DNA of 64,000 nucleotides from the human T2T-CHM13v2.0 reference genome, Homo sapiens: assembly GCF_009914755.1 (NCBI RefSeq), contig NC_060926.1; one strand, written 5' to 3'. The position numbers were made by a program, and so were the translations under genes. Of the stretch, positions 39,601-51,952 are shown piece after piece. The notes below the pieces were generated by a model. The model worked only from the letters and a program-made list of their open reading frames with translations, did not search any database and was not told where the DNA came from. The number at the start of each line of letters is the position of its first letter. Positions within the stretch are counted from its first letter, which is position 1.

Positions 39601-40979
39601 GTGAGACAGAGAAATTTTAATCCTGTTTTCAATAAACCATCCTAAACTTATTTACAAACCAATATAATTTGAAGCAAGACACTTCTGATATTTTTGTCTT
39701 TTGTTTGGGTTTCTCACATGCAAAATGATACATTTTAGAGATCAGAGAAAATTAAAACAAAACAAAAATAAAACTATTTCTCATGTCTGCCAACTGAAAA
39801 ACCTGAAGAGTATGTTCTTTATATGATTCTATGAATACTTTACTAAGCAGACCAAACATGCACATTCATGATACAGCATCTCCTTCCAGAGTAGAAAGAG
39901 CATTGTTGTAGGAGAGTTTTCCTCATCCTATCAATTGAAAATAAGGGGGATTCCATTTTCTGGTATCTTATTTAGTAAAATTAAGCAAAGCTTCCTGATT
40001 TAAAGTCTTTAAGTGAAGGTAATAGAGAGTGTTAAGTAACCAACTAATATTCTGCTGAAAACCTGACGACCCTCAGGGAGGCCTCATAGAATATGTATTA
40101 TTGAATAGTGAGCCTCCTACCACATGTTTTTTATTTGGATGACTCCAATTCTACCCCATTCCCTTGTCATTTCAAGCAGCACTCTCACAGTTCAGGCAAT
40201 CAACAGGGACCTGGAGGAAGAGAACGTTCGATCTGTTCTCTGAAACACAGGAGAGAGAGAATGTGAAAACTGGGGTAATTGCCTCAAAAGTGGGGCATGT
40301 GGCTCTCTAACAAAATCCCCACCTCTGAGAAGACTTTCCACAGAAACATCCTGTCATCCCCTTGAGACTGTATCAAGTCAGTTTGGATGTAACACTGTGA
40401 AAATGCTATAGATGCAGCAGGAGAAATTATTCCTTTTCCTGAGATGATTATGACAAAGAACTCATGTCAAAAATAAGGAAACTTGCCCTAGGAGTTTTAT
40501 AAGCACTGATTGGCAAAAGCGGAGCAAGGGTGGACCTTGGACATTTTGCATTTCACATGAGCTCATCTTTGGTAGCCTGGGTTGGGTTAGTTGGGTCAGT
40601 TAGAAAGGAAAGTAGGCTGAAGATGAGAGGGAAGCAATAAAAGGAAACTTTGTAATCAGGCAGTTTCCTATACTATTGGTATTATAGTTAGTGTCATTCT
40701 TAGTGTCTAGTGTCTCCCACTAGGAACATCAAATAGGCAGATAAATAAGGTAGTCATGAACATAGTCACTTCACCATTAGCCACATTAATGGAAGACAAA
40801 AATGTAATGGAGATAATGGAGGTAGGAGGAGAACACATACACTTAAATGGATAATTTATCATTAATTTAATTTCCCATTGACATTGATTAGAATTTAGGA
40901 AATAGACTGAATAAATAAATGAGGAAAATATAGTGGTGAGTGTAAATCAAGGCCATCCAAGGCTCATGTGCTTCCAGTA

Positions 40980-41205
40980 CAACTAGCAAGCATTTCTTGT
41001 GATTTTACCATGTGCCAGGCAATGCTCTATGTGTCCTCTGGGAATAACTTACATAAACCCTTACAAAAAATGGGAACTGTTTATTATTCCAATTTTGCAG
41101 TCAGTGAAACTAAAGCACAGGAAGGTTTGACAACTGGCTCAAAGGACCACGGGACTGAGTAGAAGAACTAGGATCCAAATCACATAATTAGAATTCTTCA
41201 CCATG
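40980..41205 (-). mobile_element. MIR SINE
   Basis: 'taccatgtgccaggca...tattattccaattttgcag...gaaactaaagcacag...actaggatccaaatc'. Confidence 0.7.
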
Positions 41206-42111
41206 ATGACCCTATCCTGAATCTAGATTGGAAGAACAAAGTGGAACTTGGGCTTGAAACAGAAAGTAGGGTATACATGTTTAGTCAGCTTACCTGCAGG
41301 GTGTTACCTTTTAAGTATTCCCTAATTGATGGTTAAAATTCATTTAGTTGTAGAAATAACTAATACTTCTACAAATGGTGGTATCATACCACTATTTTAG
41401 TTCTACAGGATGTCACTGACAAATGATGGGTACTTTTTATTCCTTCTTTTGATATGAAGAAATGAACTTGTGAACCACTGGACATGCTAAGGTACTTTAG
41501 TCAGTGTACATTGATTGAAAACAAGTCATTGAAGTATTGACTTGAATTAGATTTCATGGAAACGTATAGAGTATTAAATGATAGTCATGAATATTAGTAA
41601 CAAATAGTGACTTTGTTTTTTTTAAGACCATAAGCAATTCTTGTAACCCATGTTATTTCTGAATATCTGTCTTTTGTTCTGATGATTTTTAAAAAGAAAT
41701 TGTTTGGAATTCATTCATTTAAAAATCTGTCTTACTGGGGACATTACTTCATAGCTATGTCTAAATGTCATTTTTCTTTTAGGAAACAAGATAAAGAGAA
41801 GAACTCAAAGAATTGAGAGAAGGCTTTGAACATGATGATGGAGAAATAACACTCTTGGGAGAAATGAAGATACTTTCTCCTCCCTGGTTTACCTGAGTTT
41901 CCAGCACCCAGTGATAAGAAAGGATGGCATTAGTGATGTGTACACCTGCAGTGATAGCTTCACCTTTCTAAAGCAGATGCCGTGGTAGACATTTTGCCAG
42001 CCCTCCTTTCACTATACACACAGCTTGGTGTACGCTGGCAGACTTTTGACCTAATTTCTTAACCCTCAAATATTCCAAGACAGAACAAAGCACACAACAA
42101 AACCAGAATGA

Positions 42112-42411
42112 GGCCGGGCAAAGTGGCTCATGCCCGTAATCCCAGCACTTTGGGAGGCTAAGGGGTGGGCAGATCACTTGAGGTCAGGAGTTTGAGACCA
42201 GCCTAGGCAACATGGTGAAACCCAGTCTCTACTGAAAATACAAAAATCAGCCGGGTGTGGTGGCAAATGCCTGTAATCCCAGCTACTGGGGAGGCTGAGA
42301 CACAAGAATCACTTGAACCCAGGAGGGGGAGTTTGCAGTGAGCCGAGATTGTGCCACTGCATGCCAGTCTGAACAACAGAGCAAGACTCTGTCACAAAAA
42401 CAAACAAAAAA
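42112..42411 (+). mobile_element. AluS SINE
   Basis: Full dimer; TSD-like aaaaccagaatga / aaaaactgaatga. Confidence 0.95.
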
Positions 42412-43904
42412 CTGAATGAATGGAAGCAGATAAGTGCAGAGAGAAACACTGATTTACCTTCAGAAAGATAAAAAAGTAGTATATTGATATACTTGTATAT
42501 TGCTATCTACTAGTATAGCTTCAGTTGGTGTATGAGTATAGAACTATTGGGTTGTTCTTTATGTGATTACTCCTTCCCAGTTTTAGTAAAGTATTCCAAT
42601 TTGAGGGAAATTCTTTCATTTGTCAATAAAATAAAAAGAGGTAAGTTTTAAAATCTGTATAGTTCTTCCTTCATGCTAGTTGCCTCTCTTTTTGATATTT
42701 CTTCTATAAAAATCTTTTCTTACATTCAGTTTTCATTGTATAGATCATGAAGGAACCATAGTGATTATCAAAGATCAGCCGATAAGTTCAAGGCAGAGTT
42801 CCACCTTTCCCCATGAAGCCCTTCCAGACTTGTTTACATGTAACACCCTTGAAGGCAAGACTCATGTCTATGCTATCTTTGCTGCTATTTGGCACGTATT
42901 AGGTGTAAGGGCAATTAGACCATATCAATTAATGATCAGTAAGAATGGATAAAGTAGATGTTTTTGTGAGCCTCTCAAAGAAGATGTATAGAATATTTTG
43001 GAAATGGGCCCAATTTGTTTCTAAAGGAAAATTTACTTTCAAATTAAAAAAAAAAAATCACTCAAATGAGATTTTGGGGGATTTCATATGATTAACTCTT
43101 TACATTATCTTGTGGTAATTATACAGAAATCTGTATTTATGTAAACACAGTAAATGCATCATAACACTAGAATAAGTATACAAATACTGCATGTCAAATT
43201 AGGTTATAATCACTTTCAAGGGACGTGATTTCCTAGCTAAACAGATTCGTTTACATTTTGCAAAATAAAAAATAAGTGAAAATAACTATATAAAATCAGG
43301 CTTACAGCTGGACAGATCTTCTTGGCAATGGTCCAGACACTGAGTAGGGAAAAGCCCCTCCAGCTGAGGAACGTTCAGGACGCTCAGGACGACTTTGCAG
43401 GCGCGGCCGGGAGAGAGGCCATTTTTGGGGTTGCCTTGACTGTGCACCCTGTTCCTGGCTACCTATGGGGAGATAAGCTGCATTCACATATCAGATGAGA
43501 CTCTTTTTGTGAGAGGTCTGGGGTGGGATGTGGGAAGTGGAGTGAAAACCTGCTTAGTAGGGGAGGAAAAAAACAAGCAATCCAACACTTCACCTTTAGG
43601 TAATAAACATAATAGAAAAAGTCAGGAATTCTCTAACTAAAAAGCAGACAGTGGAAGCTAGCATCGGACTCACTGAATTTTAGAATCAGGGTCTGTGTAC
43701 CATGGATTATCTGGCCCTGCCCTTGTCACTGGATGAGAAAATTCTGGCTATAGGGCAAGAAGCAGTGCTTGGACCGAGATCCAGAATGTTACCCTCAAAT
43801 CTGAAGCTTATTTATGAGATAAATAAAGCTCATATTTTCAAGAGAGATAATTATTTTAAAACTTCTCATTTCAATGTGTACCTTAAAAAAATAAATACAT
43901 TTTG

Positions 43905-44220
43905 GGCCAGGTGCGATGGTTCATGCCTGTAATCCCAGCACTTTGGGAGGCCGAGGTGGGCAGATCATGAGGTCAGTTTGAGACCAGCCTGGCCAACATA
44001 GTGAAACTCCGTCTCTACTAAAAATAAAAATAAAAAAATTAGCTGGGCATAGTGGCACGTACCTGTAGTCCCAGCTACTTAGGAGGCTGAAGCAGGAGAA
44101 TCGCTTGAACCCATGAGGCAGAGGTTGTGGTGAGCCCAAATTGCGCCACTGCACTCCAGCCTGGGCAACAGAGCAAGACTCCATCTCAAAAAACCAATCA
44201 ACCAACCAACCAACAAAAAA
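43905..44220 (+). mobile_element. AluS (Sg-like) SINE
   Basis: Full dimer, 'gatcatgaggtc', (AACC)n tail. Confidence 0.95.
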
Positions 44221-44691
44221 CATTTCACATCTCCCTGACGTAGCCAACATTTTCTCCAACATTCTCTTATTTTGATGGCAGAAGGGCATAACTGTAAATC
44301 TCAGTTTTTATATGGTATTGTATAATATAGTGGCATCCTTTGCGGCCAGTTGATTGTGAAGAGCAGTTTGCCTTTACTTAGCTTCCATGAACATTAGCTT
44401 TAAATGCTCATTGACATTAATGAGAGCCAGTTTGCTAAATCTGTGTCTCCTTCATGTTCATTTGCTACTTAGTTTTGTTGATTCCAAGAAGTCACTAATT
44501 TTTTTAAATCATAGATTCTGATTTCGAGGTAGCTTCATTTTTCTAGTGTTGAGTAAAATGTGTGTGTGTGTGTGCTTTAGTTTAATTAATACTAATTTTT
44601 ATTCAAAATATATTTGTTGAGCACTTACTCTCTGCTGTGGCTGGGCATACATTACTTTCTTTCCACAGTCCGTTGGTTGAATTGTCCTGAG

Positions 44692-44911
44692 CAGGGGTTG
44701 ACAAATGATGGCCTGTGAGCCAAATCTACCCCACTGCCTGTTTTTGTAAATAAAGCTTTATCAGAACATAGTCACACTCATTTGTTTGCACATCATCTGT
44801 AGCTGTTTTTGCACACATGGCAGGGTTGAGTAGCTGTGATGGAAATTATATGGACCAAAAGACAAAAGTATTTGCTATCTGGCCTGCAACAAAAATATTT
44901 GCCAATTTGTG
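44692..44911 (+). mobile_element. MER58A hAT-Charlie DNA transposon
   Basis: 'caggggttgacaaa...gccaaatc...gcctgtttttgtaaataaag...gttgagtagctgtga...tatctggcc...tttgccaa'; 8-bp TSD gtcctgag / gccctgag. Confidence 0.88.
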
Positions 44912-45685
44912 GCCCTGAGTATGAACCTTTAATTACCTAGCTGGTTTGATAAAAGAGCTAAATAAAATAGATGACACCAAACTGCAGCTACCTGTTCACT
45001 ACTCACATTCAAGTGTCTGTGGTCACAAGAAATAATCATGGCACTGAATGATACAGAGAGAACTAGGAAAATTCTAGTCTTCAGAAAAATAGAAAGCTGT
45101 TCACATTTGTTTAAACAATTTCCAAATCCTGTTCCTAGAACCATCCCTAACCTGTCCTAATATGTAAACTTGCAGCTTTTGCATTACAAATTTATTGTTA
45201 TTACTTTTAACTCCTTTTTTTTTCAGGAAAAAGGTAATTAGGCTATAAACAGAAGTCTGACAACTAATTTCAGACAAGGCAAAATTAATGCAAAGCCAGC
45301 TGATAATTTTAGTCATGTGAAATTAAAATAGATATATTTTAATGGCATTCTACAAAATCCAAGTCTAATATCTTCCCGTTGTTTTCCCACCTTCCCCTGT
45401 TCTCATGTGAACTGCCGCTCTGTGTAGGTAGTGACATGTGCTGATAAAGGTCATTGCTTTAGCTATACTCACTGTCCCCTTCTCCTGTCCCCAGTATTGA
45501 TCTTTGAGTGGAGAGCTGCTTCTTCCCTTTCCTTCTCAGGAGTTTCTCGACGCTGAAAAGACAGGACCATCCAAGGGAAAAGTATTCAGTCCCAATTCTT
45601 CTTACATTTTCAAATGTTCATTGACATTAATAAGAGGCAATTTGCTAAATCTGTACTGGGGCTTCAAGAATTTAAAGGTTAGTGG

Positions 45686-45686
<1 letters not shown>

Positions 45687-45724
<38 letters not shown>

Positions 45725-45735
45725 TGTGCATGTGT
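45687..45735. repeat. (TG)n microsatellite
   Basis: About 15 perfect units, then degenerate. Confidence 0.95.
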
Positions 45736-46545
45736 ATTTCTAGGGGGAGATTCCAACACTGCTGTATTCTGTCATCCCAGGAACATGTTAAATATGCATC
45801 TCAATGTCAGCAGCAGCTTGGGATGTTATCATCTCCAAAACTATCACCTGCCTTCTGAAAACCATAACCCTAAAAATATTGATTGGTTAAAAGGCAGTAT
45901 CTGAAGGCATGAGTCAGTGTCTCGCTGGATTATCCTAATCAAATAAGGATAGTATTAGCCCAGATACTCACTGATCTGCCAGTATTTGGTTTGAAATGTA
46001 GGCATCTCAACTAAAGTTATGTGTTTCATTTTTTTGAATATTTCTTCCAGACATTTAAATACATTACCACTAAGCAAGAACCAAGAAAAGCATAAAAAGC
46101 ATTTTAGGGAATAAATTCAGCAAGTTTCCATTTGTACCAGATAGTAAAATTGTTGACATGCATTAGGAGGCATGTGTATTGTTCAGCCTGTCGGGTCTCA
46201 GTCACGTGCTCAAGGTTTAATATTTTGGCTGCCAGGGGTTATGCAGAAAGGTCCCAGACCTTTAAGGGAGCAGTGCTTCTTTGTAAATAGAAAGATACTT
46301 TCCAAGTCACCTGGCATAACTATTTAAGCAAGTCAGAAGAGAAGCTTATTTCATTAATTATGCCACAAATTAACTTCAATGAAGGGTAACCAGCTAAATA
46401 CAGGATGAAAGGACTGGTAGGAATTCTCTCCATCAAAGTGTTAAGCTTTACGCAATTTTATTTAGAAGCACTTCCATTACTAAGGAGGCTATGAATTGAT
46501 CAACTGTGTCTCAGAATTAACTACAGTGGTAAAAACACAAATTGC

Positions 46546-46993
<448 letters not shown>

Positions 46994-47752
46994 TTAGACC
47001 AGCTGCCCCGAGTCCTACATTAGTATGAGCAAGCCAGGTTACTGTTACGCAGAGAGTCTAATGAGAAATGCTAACACAAGGGTCTTTATTTCTGTTCTCA
47101 TTTGCTTCTGTTTCCAGAGGAGTCTAGATTTTGTTGGAGGTAAATGACTGTTTCCTTTGCTTGATGTGCTAGGATGAAATATGATTGGGAAAAAAAAAGG
47201 AGAATCTCTACTGGGAAGTGTTGGGACTATGAACTGTTTGAGTGGGCCATTGAGCAATGTTCCAGCGGAATATTGTTTGTAGTGAGGGGTGGATGTGATA
47301 AGTGCTTGGAGCTCACTTAATGTCATCACCATCTTTGAATTCTTTTGTGGGCACTACTCATTCTTCCCAGGGAGTATTAATTATGGCAATTCTGCTCTTT
47401 TTGTTCTTTTCATGAGAAATTAGCACATATTAAAATTAAACTTTAATCCATATCAGAGTGATAACCCTTTTTCCTCATTTCCTAATTTCCTGACTGATTT
47501 TTTTCAAGATTAAGGACACAGAAAAATACTTATGTTTCCCACAAATGGCCAAGGTGGAATTTTTTCAGAAAATCACTAATTATAATCTATTGAAAAATAA
47601 CTCACGTATTGTGATATATACATCTTTGTATCTCCTATAGTGACATTTTGTTGACTAAACCAATAATTGTTGAATAAACCAGGAAGACATTTTGCTTTTA
47701 TTTGCACATCCTTTCAATGTACCAAGTGCTCACCTACAAGCTCTTTTGCTAT

Positions 47753-48288
47753 TGAGAAGTGGCAATATGCTAGCAGCCCTCGCTCGCTCTCGGTCCCTCC
47801 TCGGCCTCGAGGCCACTCTGTGCCACTCTGGCCGGTGAGGAGCCCTTCAGCCCGCCCCTGCACTGTGGGAGCCCCTCTCTGGGAGACAGAGAGGCCGGAG
47901 CCGGCTCCCTCTGCTTGCGAGGAGGTGTGGAGGGAGAGGCGCGGGTAGGAACCGCGGCTGCGCGCGGCGCTCGCGGGCTAGCGCAAGTTCCGGGTGAGCG
48001 CGGGCTCGGCGGGCCCCGCCCTCGGAGCGGCTGGCCGGCGCCGCTGGCCCCGGGGAGTGAGGGGCTTAGCACCCGGGCCAGCAGTTGCGAAGGGTGCGCG
48101 GGGTTCCCCAGCAGTGCCGGCCCTCGCGCGCGGCGCTCGAATTCTCGCTGGGCGTCAGCTGCCTCCCCGCAGGGCAGGGCTCGGGACCTGCAGCCCGCCA
48201 TGCCCGAGCCTCCTCCCCGCCGTGGGCTACGGCGCCGCCCGAGCCTCTTGAAGTCAGTGAGACCAAGAACCCGCCAATTCCGGACACA
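47753..48288 (+). mobile_element. Solo LTR12 (ERV9; LTR12C/D/E-type) with large internal deletion; CpG island
   Basis: 5' end 'tgagaagtggcaatatgctagcagccctcgctcgctctcgg'; 3' end 'ttgaagtcagtgagaccaagaacccgccaattccggacaca'; 4-bp TSD ctat (47749-47752, 48289-48292); only 536 bp long. Confidence 0.92.
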
Positions 48289-48584
48289 CTATTAGAAGAT
48301 AAGCTCACAGCAGAGCAAACTTTATTACTATTTTAAACATAAGGAAGCCGACTCTATGATGAAGAATTAGCACAGGTTATGTGGCTGGCAATTGCTGGAT
48401 TCTTCAGTAGAACTCCTGATTCTAGATGTGTAAGTATTATGCTAAACTTCCTTTGTCAGTCTATAAAATCTTAAATTTTTACTCAATATGGGAAATTTGT
48501 ATTCTATTGGCTTTTTATCTCTGGTTACCCCAAATCAGAGTAAAGTTAGTTGAAATCCTCAAAGCATGTCTGAATTTCTGGGAG

Positions 48585-48800
48585 TAGAGTTGTGCTAGAT
48601 CTGGCTCCACAGGGGCTCAGCTCGCCAGCTGATTCAGCACATCTTTTTCACTTTCGCATTGAATGATACAGCCTTGGCAGCTTGAACTCAGCCATGGCAT
48701 GAGTGTTTACACCATGGAAATCGGCAAACATCATATACAAATTATGCCCCCTGCATCTCCACACCGAGGGTCAGTTGTCGAGTGTCTACCAGCATACTGC
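48585..48800 (+). mobile_element. MER63A-like hAT-Blackjack DNA transposon
   Basis: 'ttggcagcttgaactcagccatggcatgagtgtttacaccatggaaatcggcaaac...taccagcatactgctg'. Confidence 0.75.
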
Positions 48801-51800
48801 TGCTAGAAATCTGGGCACTTTGGCAAAAAAACAAAACAAAAACAAATAAACAAAAAACCAGACCTTGCAACTGGGTTTCTTGATGCTTAGACTCTGTTCC
48901 AATGTGCTGAATTTGTAAGACATGACACCAAGTTCCTTGTGAAATCTTTTGAGTATATCCCCTTGTGGTCTTTTGAAATTGTATGTGGAAGAACATCAAA
49001 GTATCTTCTCCAAAAGGGAGAATGAGATCTGGGAACAAAATTAGCTACTTGTTTAAGGCTATGGGTGTTTGTGAACATGTGAGTGTGCTTTAAATTACAC
49101 ATAATTTTAAACAACTGTGTAAAAAGAGTTTTAAAAGTTTAATGGTGCTGAACCAAGCATAGGATTAAAAATTGAAAAGAAAATACGAAATTATACCTTG
49201 TTGTTCTGCTTTAAAAAAAAAGTTTCCTTCTCATTTGCAATTAAGATGCTGATAATTTGCATAAAATGTGTAAAATTAGAGATAATTGAACTACAGTAGC
49301 TATAAAAGTGGCTTTTCCATTTAAAAAATAAATCAGATGTCCACTAAAAGGGTGTAAGGACCATTCCCCTGTCTCTTCCCTCTTCCATTTGGGTCTCTGG
49401 TATTTTTCACACTTTTATAGCTGATTTTTATTGCCAAACAATCCGTGGAGTTTGTGCAGCTCCAAGACAGCAGCTGGCCCAGGCAGGCCTGTTAACTCTG
49501 GCATGTTAAGAACCCTTCAGAAGATTTCAAATCCAGCCTCAGCAGCCAGGTCAGTAGATCAAATCCAGGGAGACCTCAGGGAGGCTGCAGTCAGGGCGGG
49601 AGGAAAGAGGTACATGGGGAAAAAAAGACAAGGAAAGCCAAAATACAGAAATCCCTTTAAACTAAACATCAATAGCTATTTTTGTTTCCCTGTACCAGGG
49701 CTTCCCCTGGGAACCTCAAGTTTAAAGGGGCCAATCTGGAAAAGAGTACACCAATGATCAAAGTGGCCACAAATAATGGCCCCAGACTGGTGTTTGTTTC
49801 TATTGAAGGAGGCTTTCTTCCCAGGATGAGGTACAGTCTCCATTCTGAAGATAAAGTCAGGACCAGCCCTAAGCTACTTTGCAAAACATGTCTCAGGCCT
49901 GTTCCTGTCTGCCCATAGCTGAGGTGGGCTTTAGCTCTTTCTCTTTGGAGCTCTGGCATATGATGATATGTGCGATTTATTTTGCTACTGTACTGAGATG
50001 TTTATGATTTTGAATATTGGCAGGTGTTCTCTTCATTTTGTCTCATCTTGCTTCTTCCATGAAAGCATAAGAACTTCAAGGGCAGAGACTATGCTTATAA
50101 GCAGAGTATTGGTAGTGGAGGTGAAAGTGGGTGGGCAGATTTCAGTGTTAAAACATGACATCGAAAGTGCTCACATGAGAAAAAATGTTGAATTCTGAAA
50201 ATGTGATGAAGCTCTTAAAGCTATATAAATAGAAAAATGCTAGCTGTAGTTCTATATCTTCTGATACAGAGTAAAAATCATCGTTTTTGTTAAAATATTA
50301 TGAGTAATAACAAAGACAAGTGGTCTTTTAAAGTGAGATCTCTCATACTAAGCCATTTTATCTGTGACCCTCAAACATCTGCTCATGCTGTGTCTATGTG
50401 TTATGCAATAGATCCCAGAGCATCTAGGAGGTATGTAAAAAATGTTTGTTGATTTGATTTGACATCGCTTATTCTCAGGATTTTAGAGCCCTGACAGCCA
50501 GCTCTATCTGGAGGGGTCTTTCTCAGCATAATCCTTTGTCGCTAATATTACTACTCAATCTATGTCACATCTCTTTAAAATGATATATTTTAAGAAATCC
50601 TACAATTGCCTTAGGTTTCTACTCTCTCTTTAGAAGTTAGTAGCTGATTTGATAATAGGCAATAAGGTTATTGATCTAGTATGTGAGCCCTGCCTAGTAG
50701 TTTGTTTGTGTTCAAGTTGGGGCATCCTGGAAATGATGTGTCAACCCATAATAGTGATTTTGCTAGCACCCGAGACACCACAGAAGGCCAGTGGGAATTA
50801 ACAGTAGCAGAATGCAAATATTCAGAATCCCAGCAAACCGCACTACCAGAAAGCTGTCCTCCATTTTTCTATTAGGCCAACCTATTAGGTTGTGCTCTTT
50901 ATTAGCTATAGGTATCTCTGTTTTACTTACACTATGGCATGCCCATTTCCCATAAAGAATCAACATCAACATGAAAGTATTTCTACATATTCTAATTTCC
51001 ATGTAAAGGCGCATGACTAAAAATGTATTCATATTTAGTAATATGTATGAAATCTACCTCCTATACAACGTACATAATACATAACAATTCTTTATATATC
51101 CTCACCAAAAGTTCTTAGTACATAAGGATGACGAAGGTCTGAAAGTGTTCTGTGGAGAGGTATCTTGAAAAATGAGGCATGGGGTGTCTCAGGCAAGAGA
51201 GGGCAGGCATGCTGTCAGCGACATCTGGAACATGGAGATTGGCACATGTGGCTGAGAGAACTGAAATACATGTTGCCATTTTCCTCTTTTCATTCACATT
51301 GAGACCTCAGAATCATTCTCAACACAGTGTTCCAGGAAGCAGATAATTGCGGTTGGCTAGAGCAACAATGTCTCTTTGGCATTCAGGATATGTATCATAG
51401 GAAAATATGGTAAATAATGCTGGAAGTAGAATGTGCAAGTTTCTGGGTTGTTTTTTCTAGTTGGTGAGTAGAGGGTCTTCCAAACCTTGGGAAAGTTATG
51501 TGCTTAATGAATATTTAATTCAGCTATTCTTTTCTTTATAATCCATTACCAGATTTCCAGCCTGTCTACGTGGGTATGCAAAAATGCAAAACTAGCTTTC
51601 ATTAAAAGTTGGTGTAAGAAACAGAAAAGAAATAGGTATAAAACGTGCCTCATATGATCTCAAAGTTTCTGCCAGTGTGCCTCAAACTCGAATGTTAGCT
51701 CTCTAGCTCTCTAATGTCAGATAAGCCCCTTCACAAGCCCATGTGATTTCTGTGATAATGAGGACAAGGCTATAAGACGATTGAGGGCTTTGGAGGATAC

Positions 51801-51952
51801 CATGGGGCATTTGGGACCACCCTACCTTCATCTTTTCGCTCAGACTTTTCTTGTGTGATTTTTGGATGTCCCCTCTCAGAGGGAAATGATGCCTCAGTGC
51901 CTTCCCTCTAATGTGGAAACTGCCTTTACCCAATGTAAATTCCATAATTTTT

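Noticed and set aside
47667-48336. Overlapping GC-rich ORFs on both strands (80-143 aa)
   Set aside because: They lie mostly within the LTR12 remnant, where high GC suppresses stop codons.
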